NCBI GenBank assembly: GCA_964556475.1
Contig: CAZKVU010000005.1
Span: 1 to 59,719 of the forward strand
From: an uncultured Gammaproteobacteria bacterium
GTDB lineage: Bacteria; Patescibacteriota; Microgenomatia; UBA1406; HO2-37-13b
Reading direction: 5' to 3'
Length of the DNA stretch: 59,719 nucleotides
The position numbers and the translations under genes are program-made. Below the pieces are notes generated by a model. That model was not told the DNA's origin and ran no database searches. It worked only from the letters and a program-made list of their open reading frames with translations. Every line of letters begins with the position of its first letter. Position 1 is the stretch's first letter. Below, piece after piece: positions 27,079 to 35,897 of the stretch.

Positions 27079-27663
27079 ATGCTCTCTCACAAAGATCAGC
27101 ATTTGATTCAACGACTCCTTCAGAAAGATGAGCAAGCACTTCGGGAGTTCTACCTTCTGTATAAAGATTCACTTTTACAATATTTACAGCGATCTCTGAG
27201 TAGCGATGATGCAGAAGAAGTCTTGCAGGATTCATTTATGCATACACTTGATGCCTTACGAAATTTTCGAGGCCAATCATCACTGAAAACATTTTTGTAT
27301 TCCATAGCAAAGCGCAAAGCTGTTGATAAATTGAGGAGAAAATCAATTAAAAGAGTTCTGTTTTCCTGTTTTCCTGAAAAATTCGTTGATTCTCTGGCAA
27401 CTGTTTTTATGAAAGATACGCTTGACCAGAAACATCTTGAGAAAAAGATTGAAAAAATTTTCCAGGAACTTCCAAATGATTATAGCCTTGTTATTAGACT
27501 AAAGTATAAAGAAGGCTATAAAATTTCAGAAATTGCACAAAAAGTTCATCTGTCACCAAAAGCTACCGAGAGTTTACTTTTTAGAGCGAGAAAGGCCTTC
27601 ATGTTAACTTATGACACGTACGAACGACAAGGTCTATTCTCAATTAAAGAAACATTTCGATGA
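27079..27663 (+). CDS. RNA polymerase sigma-70 family, ECF-type sigma factor
   Basis: Region 2-like EEVLQDSFMHTL and region 4 HTH YSLVIRLKYKEGYKISEIAQKVHLSPKATESLLFRARKAF. First ATG at 27079 (track TTG 27055). Confidence 0.7.
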   Translation: MLSHKDQHLIQRLLQKDEQALREFYLLYKDSLLQYLQRSLSSDDAEEVLQDSFMHTLDALRNFRGQSSLKTFLYSIAKRKAVDKLRRKSIKRVLFSCFPEKFVDSLATVFMKDTLDQKHLEKKIEKIFQELPNDYSLVIRLKYKEGYKISEIAQKVHLSPKATESLLFRARKAFMLTYDTYERQGLFSIKETFR

Positions 27664-27856
27664 GGTTTACTCAATAAAGCCTTCTGATCTGCGCTTTCCA
27701 TGGCTTACTAAAATCTATAAGTATTTTAGTGGGTATGTTAAGTTTCTACCATTTCGCGTATTTGTGCCGCTATCTGCAGTCATTGCCTTTATTGCATATA
27801 TAATTTTCGGACTACTTATTATTCGTTTGGTGTCAATTCTTCAATATGGCTTTTAA
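27611..27856 (+). CDS. Putative anti-sigma factor-like single-TM protein
   Basis: 81 aa. It overlaps the 3' end of the sigma gene and has a C-terminal TM. The call rests on position only. Confidence 0.35.
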   Translation: MTRTNDKVYSQLKKHFDEVYSIKPSDLRFPWLTKIYKYFSGYVKFLPFRVFVPLSAVIAFIAYIIFGLLIIRLVSILQYGF

Positions 27857-28493
27857 AGGCTTTGGGCATTATGCTGCTCACGCATTGTCATCGTTTGTAT
27901 TTTTTGTGAAAAATACGATATATCTTACTGCTTCGCCATATAAAACAATGAGACGGATCTCGATGGAACGGGATAACGGACAGATTATTATTATTCTCGC
28001 AATCGCCATTGGATATTTTTTTTACGCTCAGATTGTCCGACAGCGAACATTCCATCCATTGATAATCTCACCTTCTGCTTTTATTTCAAGTGTGACGTTT
28101 TGTCTTACTTTTGGCATAGCAACGTACTTTTTCTATTACATGTATAAGGGCGTAAAGCATAATTCAGGGGTTGAATATTCATCATTTTTATTTACCTTTG
28201 CGTATTCCCTTATTCCGACATTTATATGGTTCTATACAACTTCAACGCTTTTTTATTTACTCCCTCCGCCCCGAACCGCGTCATTTCTTGGGAAAGGGTT
28301 TAGTCTTGTGTTTGTATCATTCTCGCTGACATTACTTCTATGGAGATTTATTTTGCTGTATTTATCAGTACGATTTTCAGCAAAAGCATCGTTTTATCGC
28401 ACTATAACAAGCATTGGTTTGTTTTTGGTATGGTTTGTCCCTTATTCATACGCTCTCTATTCATTAGAAATTTTTAGAATTCCTTTTATATGA
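27846..28493 (+). CDS. Hypothetical polytopic membrane protein
   Basis: 215 aa with about 5 TM segments. It overlaps both neighbours (11 nt and 4 nt). Confidence 0.5.
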   Translation: MAFKGFGHYAAHALSSFVFFVKNTIYLTASPYKTMRRISMERDNGQIIIILAIAIGYFFYAQIVRQRTFHPLIISPSAFISSVTFCLTFGIATYFFYYMYKGVKHNSGVEYSSFLFTFAYSLIPTFIWFYTTSTLFYLLPPPRTASFLGKGFSLVFVSFSLTLLLWRFILLYLSVRFSAKASFYRTITSIGLFLVWFVPYSYALYSLEIFRIPFI

Positions 28494-29614
28494 AAAAATT
28501 AAGAGACTTTAGTTCAGCTCCAGAGCGTCGTACGTACATCGAGTCGCTTATTAATACTCCGCTTGAGCATATTGGTCAAGCATATAACGATGATGAAACA
28601 ATAACCTATTGTGAAAACCTCATTGGCGCAACTACGGTTCCGCTTGGGATAGCAGGGCCTTTAAAATTAAAAAGCGATACGCTTGATGCTGAATACTTTA
28701 TTCCTCTTGCAACAACAGAAGGCGCACTGGTTGGATCAGTAAGTAGAGGTTCTAAAGCAATTACACAATCTGGTGGAGCAAATGCTTTTTCACTGCGTAT
28801 TGGAACAACACGCGGTCCGGTATTTTATGTAGGTAATTTGGAGAACAATAAAAAATTGCGTGCATGGCTTCAGGATAATGAAGAAAAGATTTCAAAAATC
28901 CCTGAACCAACATCACCGTTTATTAAATATACAAAAATGGTTGTATCGGGTACGAGTGATTACGTATATATTAATTTTTACTTTGATACGCAGGATGCAA
29001 TGGGGATGAATATGGCAACAATCGCAACGCAGCTTATTGCTGACTATATTCAGCAGGAAACTGGTTATAAAAACATTGCTGTAGCAGGCAATTTTGATAG
29101 CGATAAAAAGCCATCGTGGGCAAATTTTGTCAATGGACGAGGTTTTCAAATTCGAGCTGAAGCAACGATTAAGACAGATGTAATTCAATCAGTACTGAAA
29201 TCATCAGCAGAGAAAATATACGAAACGTGGTTGGCCAAATGCATGGTTGGATCAGCACTTGTCGGATCTCTCGGCTTTAATTCTCATTTTGCAAATATTG
29301 TAGCTGCATTTTATATAGCAACAGGACAGGACCCAGCGCACGTTGTCGAAGGAAGTATGGGAATTACTTCGACAAAAATGTTACCAAACGGCGATTTATA
29401 TATTGCTGTATATCTCCCGGCTGTCATGATCGCAACAATCGGTGGAGGAACAAAATTGAATACACAGCAAGAAGCTCAAAAAATTGTTGGCGTTAAACAG
29501 TCGTATCAGCTTGCCGAAGTTTTAGGAGGAGCTGTCCTAGCAGGCGAATTATCATTATTATCTGCAATTGCAGAATGCTCATTAGCTCGAGCTCATGAAA
29601 GATTAGGTCGATAA
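28490..29614 (+). CDS. hmgA: Hydroxymethylglutaryl-CoA reductase, class I (archaeal-type, soluble)
   Basis: 374 aa with TTEGALVGSVSRG, DAMGMNM and GGGT motifs, and an ATGA overlap with the upstream gene. Confidence 0.85.
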   Translation: MKKLRDFSSAPERRTYIESLINTPLEHIGQAYNDDETITYCENLIGATTVPLGIAGPLKLKSDTLDAEYFIPLATTEGALVGSVSRGSKAITQSGGANAFSLRIGTTRGPVFYVGNLENNKKLRAWLQDNEEKISKIPEPTSPFIKYTKMVVSGTSDYVYINFYFDTQDAMGMNMATIATQLIADYIQQETGYKNIAVAGNFDSDKKPSWANFVNGRGFQIRAEATIKTDVIQSVLKSSAEKIYETWLAKCMVGSALVGSLGFNSHFANIVAAFYIATGQDPAHVVEGSMGITSTKMLPNGDLYIAVYLPAVMIATIGGGTKLNTQQEAQKIVGVKQSYQLAEVLGGAVLAGELSLLSAIAECSLARAHERLGR

Positions 29615-29615
29615 T

Positions 29616-30641
29616 ATGGTCGGAATTGTTTCATACGGATTTTATATCCCTCAATACAGAATCACAACAGATGAAATAGCCTCGCGATGGGGGAAGAATT
29701 CTGCTGCTATGAAAAAATCACTTATGATTCATGAGAAGGCAGTGGGTGGTTATGATGAGGATGCTTTGACTATGGCATATGAAGCATCGTTAATGGCTTT
29801 CCAAAAGTCTCCATGTAAACCAACTGATATGCAGGGTGTGTTTGTTGGATCAGAAAATCATCCTTATGCTGTCAATCCAACATCAACTTCACTTGCTGAA
29901 TATTTAGGCGTAGGTAATAATTACACGGGATATGACACACAATTTGCATGTAAAGCCGCTACTGGTGCGCTATTTTCAACATTCGGGTTTGTTAAAAGTG
30001 GATTGATAAAAAATGGACTCGTGGTGGGAACTGATAAGGCAACAGGAAAACCCGGTGATGCGCTTGAATACTCTGCAGGATCAGCTGCAGCTGCATTTAT
30101 TGTTGGTGATGACAATGTGATATTGGAATTCAATGGAGGTGTGTCATTTTCCTCTGATACGCCGGATTTTTGGCGCCGCGAATCAGCACAATATCCTTCG
30201 CATGCTGGTCGCTTTACTGCTGAGCCAGGTTACTTTAAACATATTGTTGGGGCAACTAAATCACTTCTCAAAACACATAAAGCACAGGCCTCTGACTTTG
30301 ATCATGTCATTTTTCATACACCCAATGGTTCATTTCCTGCAAAAGCAGCTCATATCTTAGGATTCAAACCTGAACAATCACAGTATGCACGGGTTGTGAC
30401 CGAGCTCGGAAATTCCTACACGGCATCTGCATTTATCGCTCTTTGTTCAGTTTTGGATTATGCGAAAGCTCGCGAGCGAATTCTTTTTGTTTCATATGGT
30501 TCGGGAGCTGGATCAGACGCATTTATGTTCACTGTTACAAAGGAGATTGAAAAAAGGCGAAAAGATTTTCATAAGACCCTGCAAAGCAAAACATATATTA
30601 ACTATGACACATATAGACATTTTATGAATTCAGGTCATTAA
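29616..30641 (+). CDS. Hydroxymethylglutaryl-CoA synthase (archaeal-type, about 340 aa)
   Basis: Thiolase-fold condensing enzyme with a catalytic Cys context (QFACKAATGA) and HTPNG. It sits between HMGR and the thiolase. Confidence 0.8.
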   Translation: MVGIVSYGFYIPQYRITTDEIASRWGKNSAAMKKSLMIHEKAVGGYDEDALTMAYEASLMAFQKSPCKPTDMQGVFVGSENHPYAVNPTSTSLAEYLGVGNNYTGYDTQFACKAATGALFSTFGFVKSGLIKNGLVVGTDKATGKPGDALEYSAGSAAAAFIVGDDNVILEFNGGVSFSSDTPDFWRRESAQYPSHAGRFTAEPGYFKHIVGATKSLLKTHKAQASDFDHVIFHTPNGSFPAKAAHILGFKPEQSQYARVVTELGNSYTASAFIALCSVLDYAKARERILFVSYGSGAGSDAFMFTVTKEIEKRRKDFHKTLQSKTYINYDTYRHFMNSGH

Positions 30642-30643
30642 AC

Positions 30644-31795
30644 ATGGTATCAATTATTAGCCACTATACAACGCGGTTCGGTGAACTTTGGGAGTCATCA
30701 TTATATGATCTTGTTGAGGAGGCAGTATTCGGGGCACTCAAAGATGCCCAGCTTGAAAAAGAGCATATAGACGCTGTTTTTTATGGAAATATGCTTGCTG
30801 GAATTTTGGAAAATAATGTACATGGAGGAGCGAGAATCGCTGAAATGTTTGGGAATCATATACCAATGTTCAGAATGGAAGCAGCCTGTGCATCAGGAGG
30901 AATAGCTTTTCACAATGCATATAATTATATTCAAGCTGGAGCCGCTGATACTGTGCTAGTTGTTGGAGCTGAAAAAATGACTGATTATCCGGCAGATGTT
31001 GTTGTATCAGCTCTGAGCGCTGCAGCAGCAGGTGAAGAACAGGAAGCAGGATTAACATTTCCCGGTTTATATGGACTTATTGCGAAAGTTTACCTGTCTC
31101 AATATAACTATACTGAGGAAGATTTAGCGTACGTTTCTGTGAAGAATCATTATCATGGAACACTTAATGCGAAAGCGCAGTTTCGCAAGGAAATTACTGT
31201 TGAGGATGTCTTAGCGAGCCCGTATGTAGCTGAGCCTTTGAAAGTTTTAGATTCATCGCCAATTTCAGATGGTGCTTCTGCAATTATTTTGACAAAGGAC
31301 AAAAAGCGTATTAATAAAGCTCGAAATAGCGTGCGTGTTCTAGCATCTGAAGTAGCTACTGATTCTATATCATTATCACATCGAAAAAATCTTGATGAGC
31401 TTGCCGCAACAGTGCATGCTGCCCGTCGAGCATATACAAAAGCGGGAATTACGGCGAAGGACGTTTCTGTTGCAGAAGTACATGATTGTTTTACTATCGC
31501 CGAGTTGCTTGCAATGGAAGACTTAGGATTTTTTAAGAAAGGAACAGCAGGAAAGGCTGTACGGGATTATGTTACACGTCACGATAATGATAGCGCTGTG
31601 ACGATCAACACTTCAGGAGGACTTAAGGCTGCAGGACACCCTGTTGGGGCAACGGGTATTAAGCAAATTGGAGAGATTTTTCTTCAGCTTACTGGCAATG
31701 CAGATAAACGGCAAATCAATAAACCTAAATATGGATTAGCACACAATGTTGGAGGGTCTGGAGGTACAGCAGTTGTTTCATTATTTGGCATTTGA
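30644..31795 (+). CDS. Acetyl-CoA acetyltransferase (archaeal-type thiolase)
   Basis: 383 aa with MEAACASGG (active Cys), VHDCFT and NVGGSGG. Confidence 0.8.
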   Translation: MVSIISHYTTRFGELWESSLYDLVEEAVFGALKDAQLEKEHIDAVFYGNMLAGILENNVHGGARIAEMFGNHIPMFRMEAACASGGIAFHNAYNYIQAGAADTVLVVGAEKMTDYPADVVVSALSAAAAGEEQEAGLTFPGLYGLIAKVYLSQYNYTEEDLAYVSVKNHYHGTLNAKAQFRKEITVEDVLASPYVAEPLKVLDSSPISDGASAIILTKDKKRINKARNSVRVLASEVATDSISLSHRKNLDELAATVHAARRAYTKAGITAKDVSVAEVHDCFTIAELLAMEDLGFFKKGTAGKAVRDYVTRHDNDSAVTINTSGGLKAAGHPVGATGIKQIGEIFLQLTGNADKRQINKPKYGLAHNVGGSGGTAVVSLFGI

Positions 31796-31805
31796 CAATA
31801 AAAAC

Positions 31806-32108
31806 ATGGAAAGTCCAATTAAATTATGGAGGCGTCAAAAAACGGTAAAAAAACTCCTTAACCAAAAGGGGAAGATTATTTCATGGACAGTTATTCATGT
31901 TGCCGGACATGCATATGCAGAGCATACGCCTTATCCGGTTATTTTAGTTGAATTAACAAATGGTAAACGGGTGTATGGTCAACTTGTTGATTTTAATGAT
32001 GAAGATTTGCTAATCGGCCAATCTGTAGCATCAGTGTTACGAATTTTGCGTACGTCAAAAACAGACCTTATTGCCTATGGTTTGAAATTTAGGCCAGTAA
32101 AGAGTTAA
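31806..32108 (+). CDS. DUF35 OB-fold protein (thiolase/HMGCS complex scaffold-like), lacking Zn-ribbon
   Basis: ATG at 31806. About 100 aa. GKIISWTVIHV ... YPVILVELTNGKRVYGQLVD ... IGQSV resembles the DUF35 OB-fold. No CxxC pairs are present. Confidence 0.6.
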   Translation: MESPIKLWRRQKTVKKLLNQKGKIISWTVIHVAGHAYAEHTPYPVILVELTNGKRVYGQLVDFNDEDLLIGQSVASVLRILRTSKTDLIAYGLKFRPVKS

Positions 32109-32125
32109 CGACCAGAAGAAAAATT

Positions 32126-33067
32126 ATGTCAAAAAAGTTTATAACATATTCAGCACCGGGGAAGATAATTTTATCTGGCGAACATACCGTTTTATATGGA
32201 AAGTGTGCATTAATTTCTGCAATTGATAGAAGGCTGACGTTTTCTATTTCAGAGGGATACCAAAAGAAAGATAACAACGTAGATTTTATTGGCGATATTG
32301 TCAAAAAATACTTGGAGGAAAATTCGATACTTATACAAAAGAAACATTATCATATCAATGTAAAATCACTCATACCGCGCAACAGAGGCATGGGTTCGTC
32401 TGGAGCCTTCGCAGTAGCGGGAGTTGCAGCGTTTTTAGAGTTTTTTTCCGGTAGGAAAGATTTTGATCTTGAGGTTGTAAATAATCTGGCCTTCCAAGTA
32501 GAAAAGCGTTTTCATGGAAAACCATCTGGCGTTGATCAAACAACATCGTGCTTTGGTGGCCTTGTTTTTTTTAGAAAAGAGTTTGAGTTTCTGAAAGGCA
32601 TTTATAAACTTAACTTCAAAATTCCGAAGAATATAGGCGATGGTTTATTCTTAGTTGATTCTGGCCGCCCAAAAGAAAATACAGCAGCTATGGTGAAGCA
32701 CGTGGGCGATCTCTACAACTCAAAAACAAAACAAGCACAAGACATTATGAATGAATTAGAAAAAGTAACAAAACGGGTTGTTGTGTCTATTATGAAAGAA
32801 GATAAGAAATTTTTTGATGAAAACATTGATAAAGCTGGAGATTTACTCGATGAATTAGGTATTGTATCAGCCCAAACACGAAAAATTATCAGAGGGATCA
32901 GGCAATTTGGATCATGTAAAGTGACAGGTGCTGGTGGTGTGCAAACTCATTCCGGATTTTTGCTGTGCTCCATTCGTGATACATCTATCTTTAAGAAATA
33001 TTGTGAGGGTCAAGGTTTGAAAGTATTGAAATTTATGCCATCTCAGGATGGGCTGAAAAGGCTATGA
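32126..33067 (+). CDS. mvk: Mevalonate kinase (GHMP kinase)
   Basis: APGKIILSGEHTVLYG, GMGSSGA and KVTGAGG motifs. Confidence 0.7.
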   Translation: MSKKFITYSAPGKIILSGEHTVLYGKCALISAIDRRLTFSISEGYQKKDNNVDFIGDIVKKYLEENSILIQKKHYHINVKSLIPRNRGMGSSGAFAVAGVAAFLEFFSGRKDFDLEVVNNLAFQVEKRFHGKPSGVDQTTSCFGGLVFFRKEFEFLKGIYKLNFKIPKNIGDGLFLVDSGRPKENTAAMVKHVGDLYNSKTKQAQDIMNELEKVTKRVVVSIMKEDKKFFDENIDKAGDLLDELGIVSAQTRKIIRGIRQFGSCKVTGAGGVQTHSGFLLCSIRDTSIFKKYCEGQGLKVLKFMPSQDGLKRL

Positions 33068-33978
33068 CAATTAGATCAACCGCACCAGGTAAGCTCATTC
33101 TCCTTGGGGAACATGCTGTTGTATACGGACATCCGTGTATTATTACCGCAGTCGGTCAGGCTATACATGCTGAAGTAGCTGTCAATAACACATCTGAAGA
33201 TTTAGTTATCGCGCCACAAGTTGCCAAAACAGACTTTATTGATGAACTTGTCAAATATATGAAGAAGAAATATAACATTCAGCAGGGAATACGTATAGAA
33301 ACGCATGCGGATTTTTCAGATCAAACAGGGCTTGGATCATCATCTGCGGCAACGGTTGTCGCGTGCAAAGGTATAAATGCACTTTTCAATCTTGGTTTAT
33401 CGCAACAGGAAATATTTAATATATGTTTTGAAACGGTAGTTATGGTTCAAGGATCCGGATCGGGCGCTGATATTGCGTCTGCTGTGTATGAAGGTACTGT
33501 CTATTTCCAAAATAAAGGTGAGATCGTTGAATCTGTAAATTGTTCTGATCTACAAATTGTGATTGGAAATACATTGCATAAAGCATCAACGCGTGATTAT
33601 ATTCAGAAGGTAGCAAAGCTTCGCGAAGAGAAGCCACATTTCGTCGATTCAATTTTTCAAGGAATTGCTGAATTAGTTCATCAAGGGAGAAAACAACTTG
33701 AGGAGAAAAATTATCAGAAATTTGGAAACATCGTAAATGAGAATCAATCATTACTGCACGAGCTCGAGGTTAGCTCGGACAAACTTGATAGCATGATACA
33801 TGCGGCACGGGAAGCAGGCGCATTTGGTGCGAAATTGTCTGGCGCCGGTGGAGGCGATAATATGTTTGCTGTTGTGTCAGCTGATACAAAAAAATCCGTC
33901 GAGAAGGCAATAGAAAAAGCTGGAGGAAAAATAATTCACGTGGATATTAATTATTCATCACAAAACCCACTATCATGA
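33064..33978 (+). CDS. GHMP kinase, probable phosphomevalonate kinase (MVK-like N-terminus)
   Basis: APGKLILLGEHAVVYG, GLGSSSAA and KLSGAGGGDNMFAV (a GAGGGD motif as in bacterial PMK). 4-nt overlaps on both sides. Confidence 0.5.
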   Translation: MTIRSTAPGKLILLGEHAVVYGHPCIITAVGQAIHAEVAVNNTSEDLVIAPQVAKTDFIDELVKYMKKKYNIQQGIRIETHADFSDQTGLGSSSAATVVACKGINALFNLGLSQQEIFNICFETVVMVQGSGSGADIASAVYEGTVYFQNKGEIVESVNCSDLQIVIGNTLHKASTRDYIQKVAKLREEKPHFVDSIFQGIAELVHQGRKQLEEKNYQKFGNIVNENQSLLHELEVSSDKLDSMIHAAREAGAFGAKLSGAGGGDNMFAVVSADTKKSVEKAIEKAGGKIIHVDINYSSQNPLS

Positions 33979-34964
33979 TGAAGGCAACTGCTGTATCACA
34001 TCCTGATGTTGCTTTAATAAAATATTGGGGAAAGAAACCTGGCTTTGAGGAATTGCGTCTTCCGGCAAATGGCAGTATTTCGATGGTACTCAGCGACTTG
34101 CAAACAATAACAACTGTTGAGTTTTCTGAAAAATATTCAAATGATACCGTTATGATAGGACAAAAAGACATTCAAGGTGTGCAAAAGGAGCGTGTTTCTG
34201 AGCAACTTGATAGAATCCGGCTACAAGCGAGAATAACATTAAAAGCGCGAGTACAGTCAGAAAATAATTTTCCGATGAGCGCAGGAATTTCATCATCTGC
34301 ATCCGGACTTTCAGCGCTTACTGTTGCCGCAGCCGAAGCAGCAGGTTTACGCATGTCTAAAAAAGAACTCTCGATTTTAGCTCGCAAGGCCTCTGGATCA
34401 GCTTGTAGACCAATCATGGATGGATTTGTTGAATGGTTCGATGGAGATACTGATGAAACGTCATATGCAGAAAGTTTTTTGCCGCCAGAGCATTGGAATA
34501 TACGCGATGTTGTCGCGGTTATCAGTCATAAAGAGAAGTCTGTGCCAACCTCAGATGGTATGGCAGCTGCGGAAACAAGCCCTTTCTTCATAGAACGACT
34601 TAAAAAAATGCCGGATAAAATTAAGATCGCTAAAAAACTGATTCAGGAGAGAAATTTTCAGGAATTCGGCGAGCTTATTGAATCAGAAGCACTTGAAATG
34701 CATGCAATCGCGCTCACGTCACAACCACCATTGATATATTGGTTACCAGAGACCGTGCTTCTTATGCATGAAGTTCAACAATGGCGCAAAAATGGCCTCG
34801 AAGCTTATTTCACCATAAATACAGGCCAGAATGTGCACATCATATGTGAAGAAAAAAATGTACAGGAAGTTCAAAATCGCCTTGGTTCACTTGCCATAGT
34901 GAAAAAAATGATCGTAAATCAACCTTCAGAAGGAACGCACGTGATTGATGAACACCTTTTTTGA
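33975..34964 (+). CDS. mvaD: Diphosphomevalonate decarboxylase family enzyme
   Basis: VALIKYWGKK, GISSSASG and ASGSACRP motifs. Substrate (MVAPP versus MVAP) cannot be judged by eye. Confidence 0.75.
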   Translation: MMKATAVSHPDVALIKYWGKKPGFEELRLPANGSISMVLSDLQTITTVEFSEKYSNDTVMIGQKDIQGVQKERVSEQLDRIRLQARITLKARVQSENNFPMSAGISSSASGLSALTVAAAEAAGLRMSKKELSILARKASGSACRPIMDGFVEWFDGDTDETSYAESFLPPEHWNIRDVVAVISHKEKSVPTSDGMAAAETSPFFIERLKKMPDKIKIAKKLIQERNFQEFGELIESEALEMHAIALTSQPPLIYWLPETVLLMHEVQQWRKNGLEAYFTINTGQNVHIICEEKNVQEVQNRLGSLAIVKKMIVNQPSEGTHVIDEHLF

Positions 34965-34971
34965 GCATCAC

Positions 34972-35454
34972 CTAACAAGGCGTCTGTCTGCCGCCGCCAG
35001 CAGGAGGATTACATGGAGGAATTCCAGAGCCAGTCCCTGTTCCCGAACTGGATCCGCTTGAACTCGATTCGCCAAGTCTTGGTAGGCTAAACTTGAATCC
35101 TCCATCCGGGGTTCGTTGAATAATACCAAATACATTGGTGATAAAGAGCCACAAAGCAAGAGCGACGATCAAAACAACAATGCCAATAACTGCGTTGATA
35201 ATTTTTTGACGTGCTTTAGCTGCATTATCTGGATCACCACCTGAAGTAATATAGTCTAACGCTCCCCAGAGCATATAAATAAGCACTGCTATGCCAGCTA
35301 TAACAAATACGAATCGGATGCCAAATACGAAAACCGTTGCAAGGCTTTCTTCTACCTTTCCGTTATATAAAATTGATGGCCCAGTCTTGACTTCTACTTT
35401 ACCAAAAATATCCGCAGCATCTCTTAAGGTATTTTGAGCTTGTGCAAGCAACAT
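34972..35454 (-). CDS. T4SS-pilin-like (TrbC/VirB2-like, CPR-type) membrane protein with Gly/Ser-rich tail
   Basis: 160 aa with two TM helices flanking ITSGGDPDNAAKARQKIINAVIG, and a C-terminal SSSSGSSSGTGTGSG tail. Confidence 0.5.
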   Translation of the reverse strand: MLLAQAQNTLRDAADIFGKVEVKTGPSILYNGKVEESLATVFVFGIRFVFVIAGIAVLIYMLWGALDYITSGGDPDNAAKARQKIINAVIGIVVLIVALALWLFITNVFGIIQRTPDGGFKFSLPRLGESSSSGSSSGTGTGSGIPPCNPPAGGGRQTPC

Positions 35455-35456
35455 AA

Positions 35457-35762
35457 TTAAACAAAAACGTCAACTCCTAAAATGAAACCTAATACTTTAA
35501 CTATAACAAAACTGAGAACAATAATAATAAACCCGAAAAATGCATAAAGGAACATTGTACGGGCAGCTGCAACACGTTCTGGATCTCCACCAGCTGTAAT
35601 AATCATGAATGATGCCCTGAAGAGAATGAAAAGTAGTACAATCGCTGATCCAACAAGCAAAATCGGAATGAGAACGTTGGTGAATGTACTGATATTAACG
35701 AATCTCGCAGGAGGGAAATATGTTGGCAGTGTTTTCTCATCAACTTGCGCGAGCAGGTGCAT
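35457..35762 (-). CDS. T4SS-pilin-like (TrbC/VirB2-like, CPR-type) membrane protein
   Basis: 101 aa with two TM helices flanking ITAGGDPERVAAARTMF. Its N-terminus MHLLAQV is paralogous to MLLAQAQ of the downstream gene. Confidence 0.5.
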   Translation of the reverse strand: MHLLAQVDEKTLPTYFPPARFVNISTFTNVLIPILLVGSAIVLLFILFRASFMIITAGGDPERVAAARTMFLYAFFGFIIIVLSFVIVKVLGFILGVDVFV

Positions 35763-35799
35763 ATCTTTGAGTATACTCTATTCAAAAAAGACTATCTAG

Positions 35800-35871
35800 T
35801 ATAAAGGAGTACCTTTGAAGTTTCGCTTTTGCAAAACATACCTATCGAAACTATAATGGAGTACCATTGAA
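35800..35871 (+). repeat. Two 20-nt direct repeats TATAAWGGAGTACCWTTGAA (18/20 identical) 52 nt apart
   Basis: Copies at 35800-35819 and 35852-35871, in the divergent pilin/uppS intergenic region. Confidence 0.6.
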
Positions 35872-35897
35872 ACCCCTTCGGGATTATAATAATCTTC

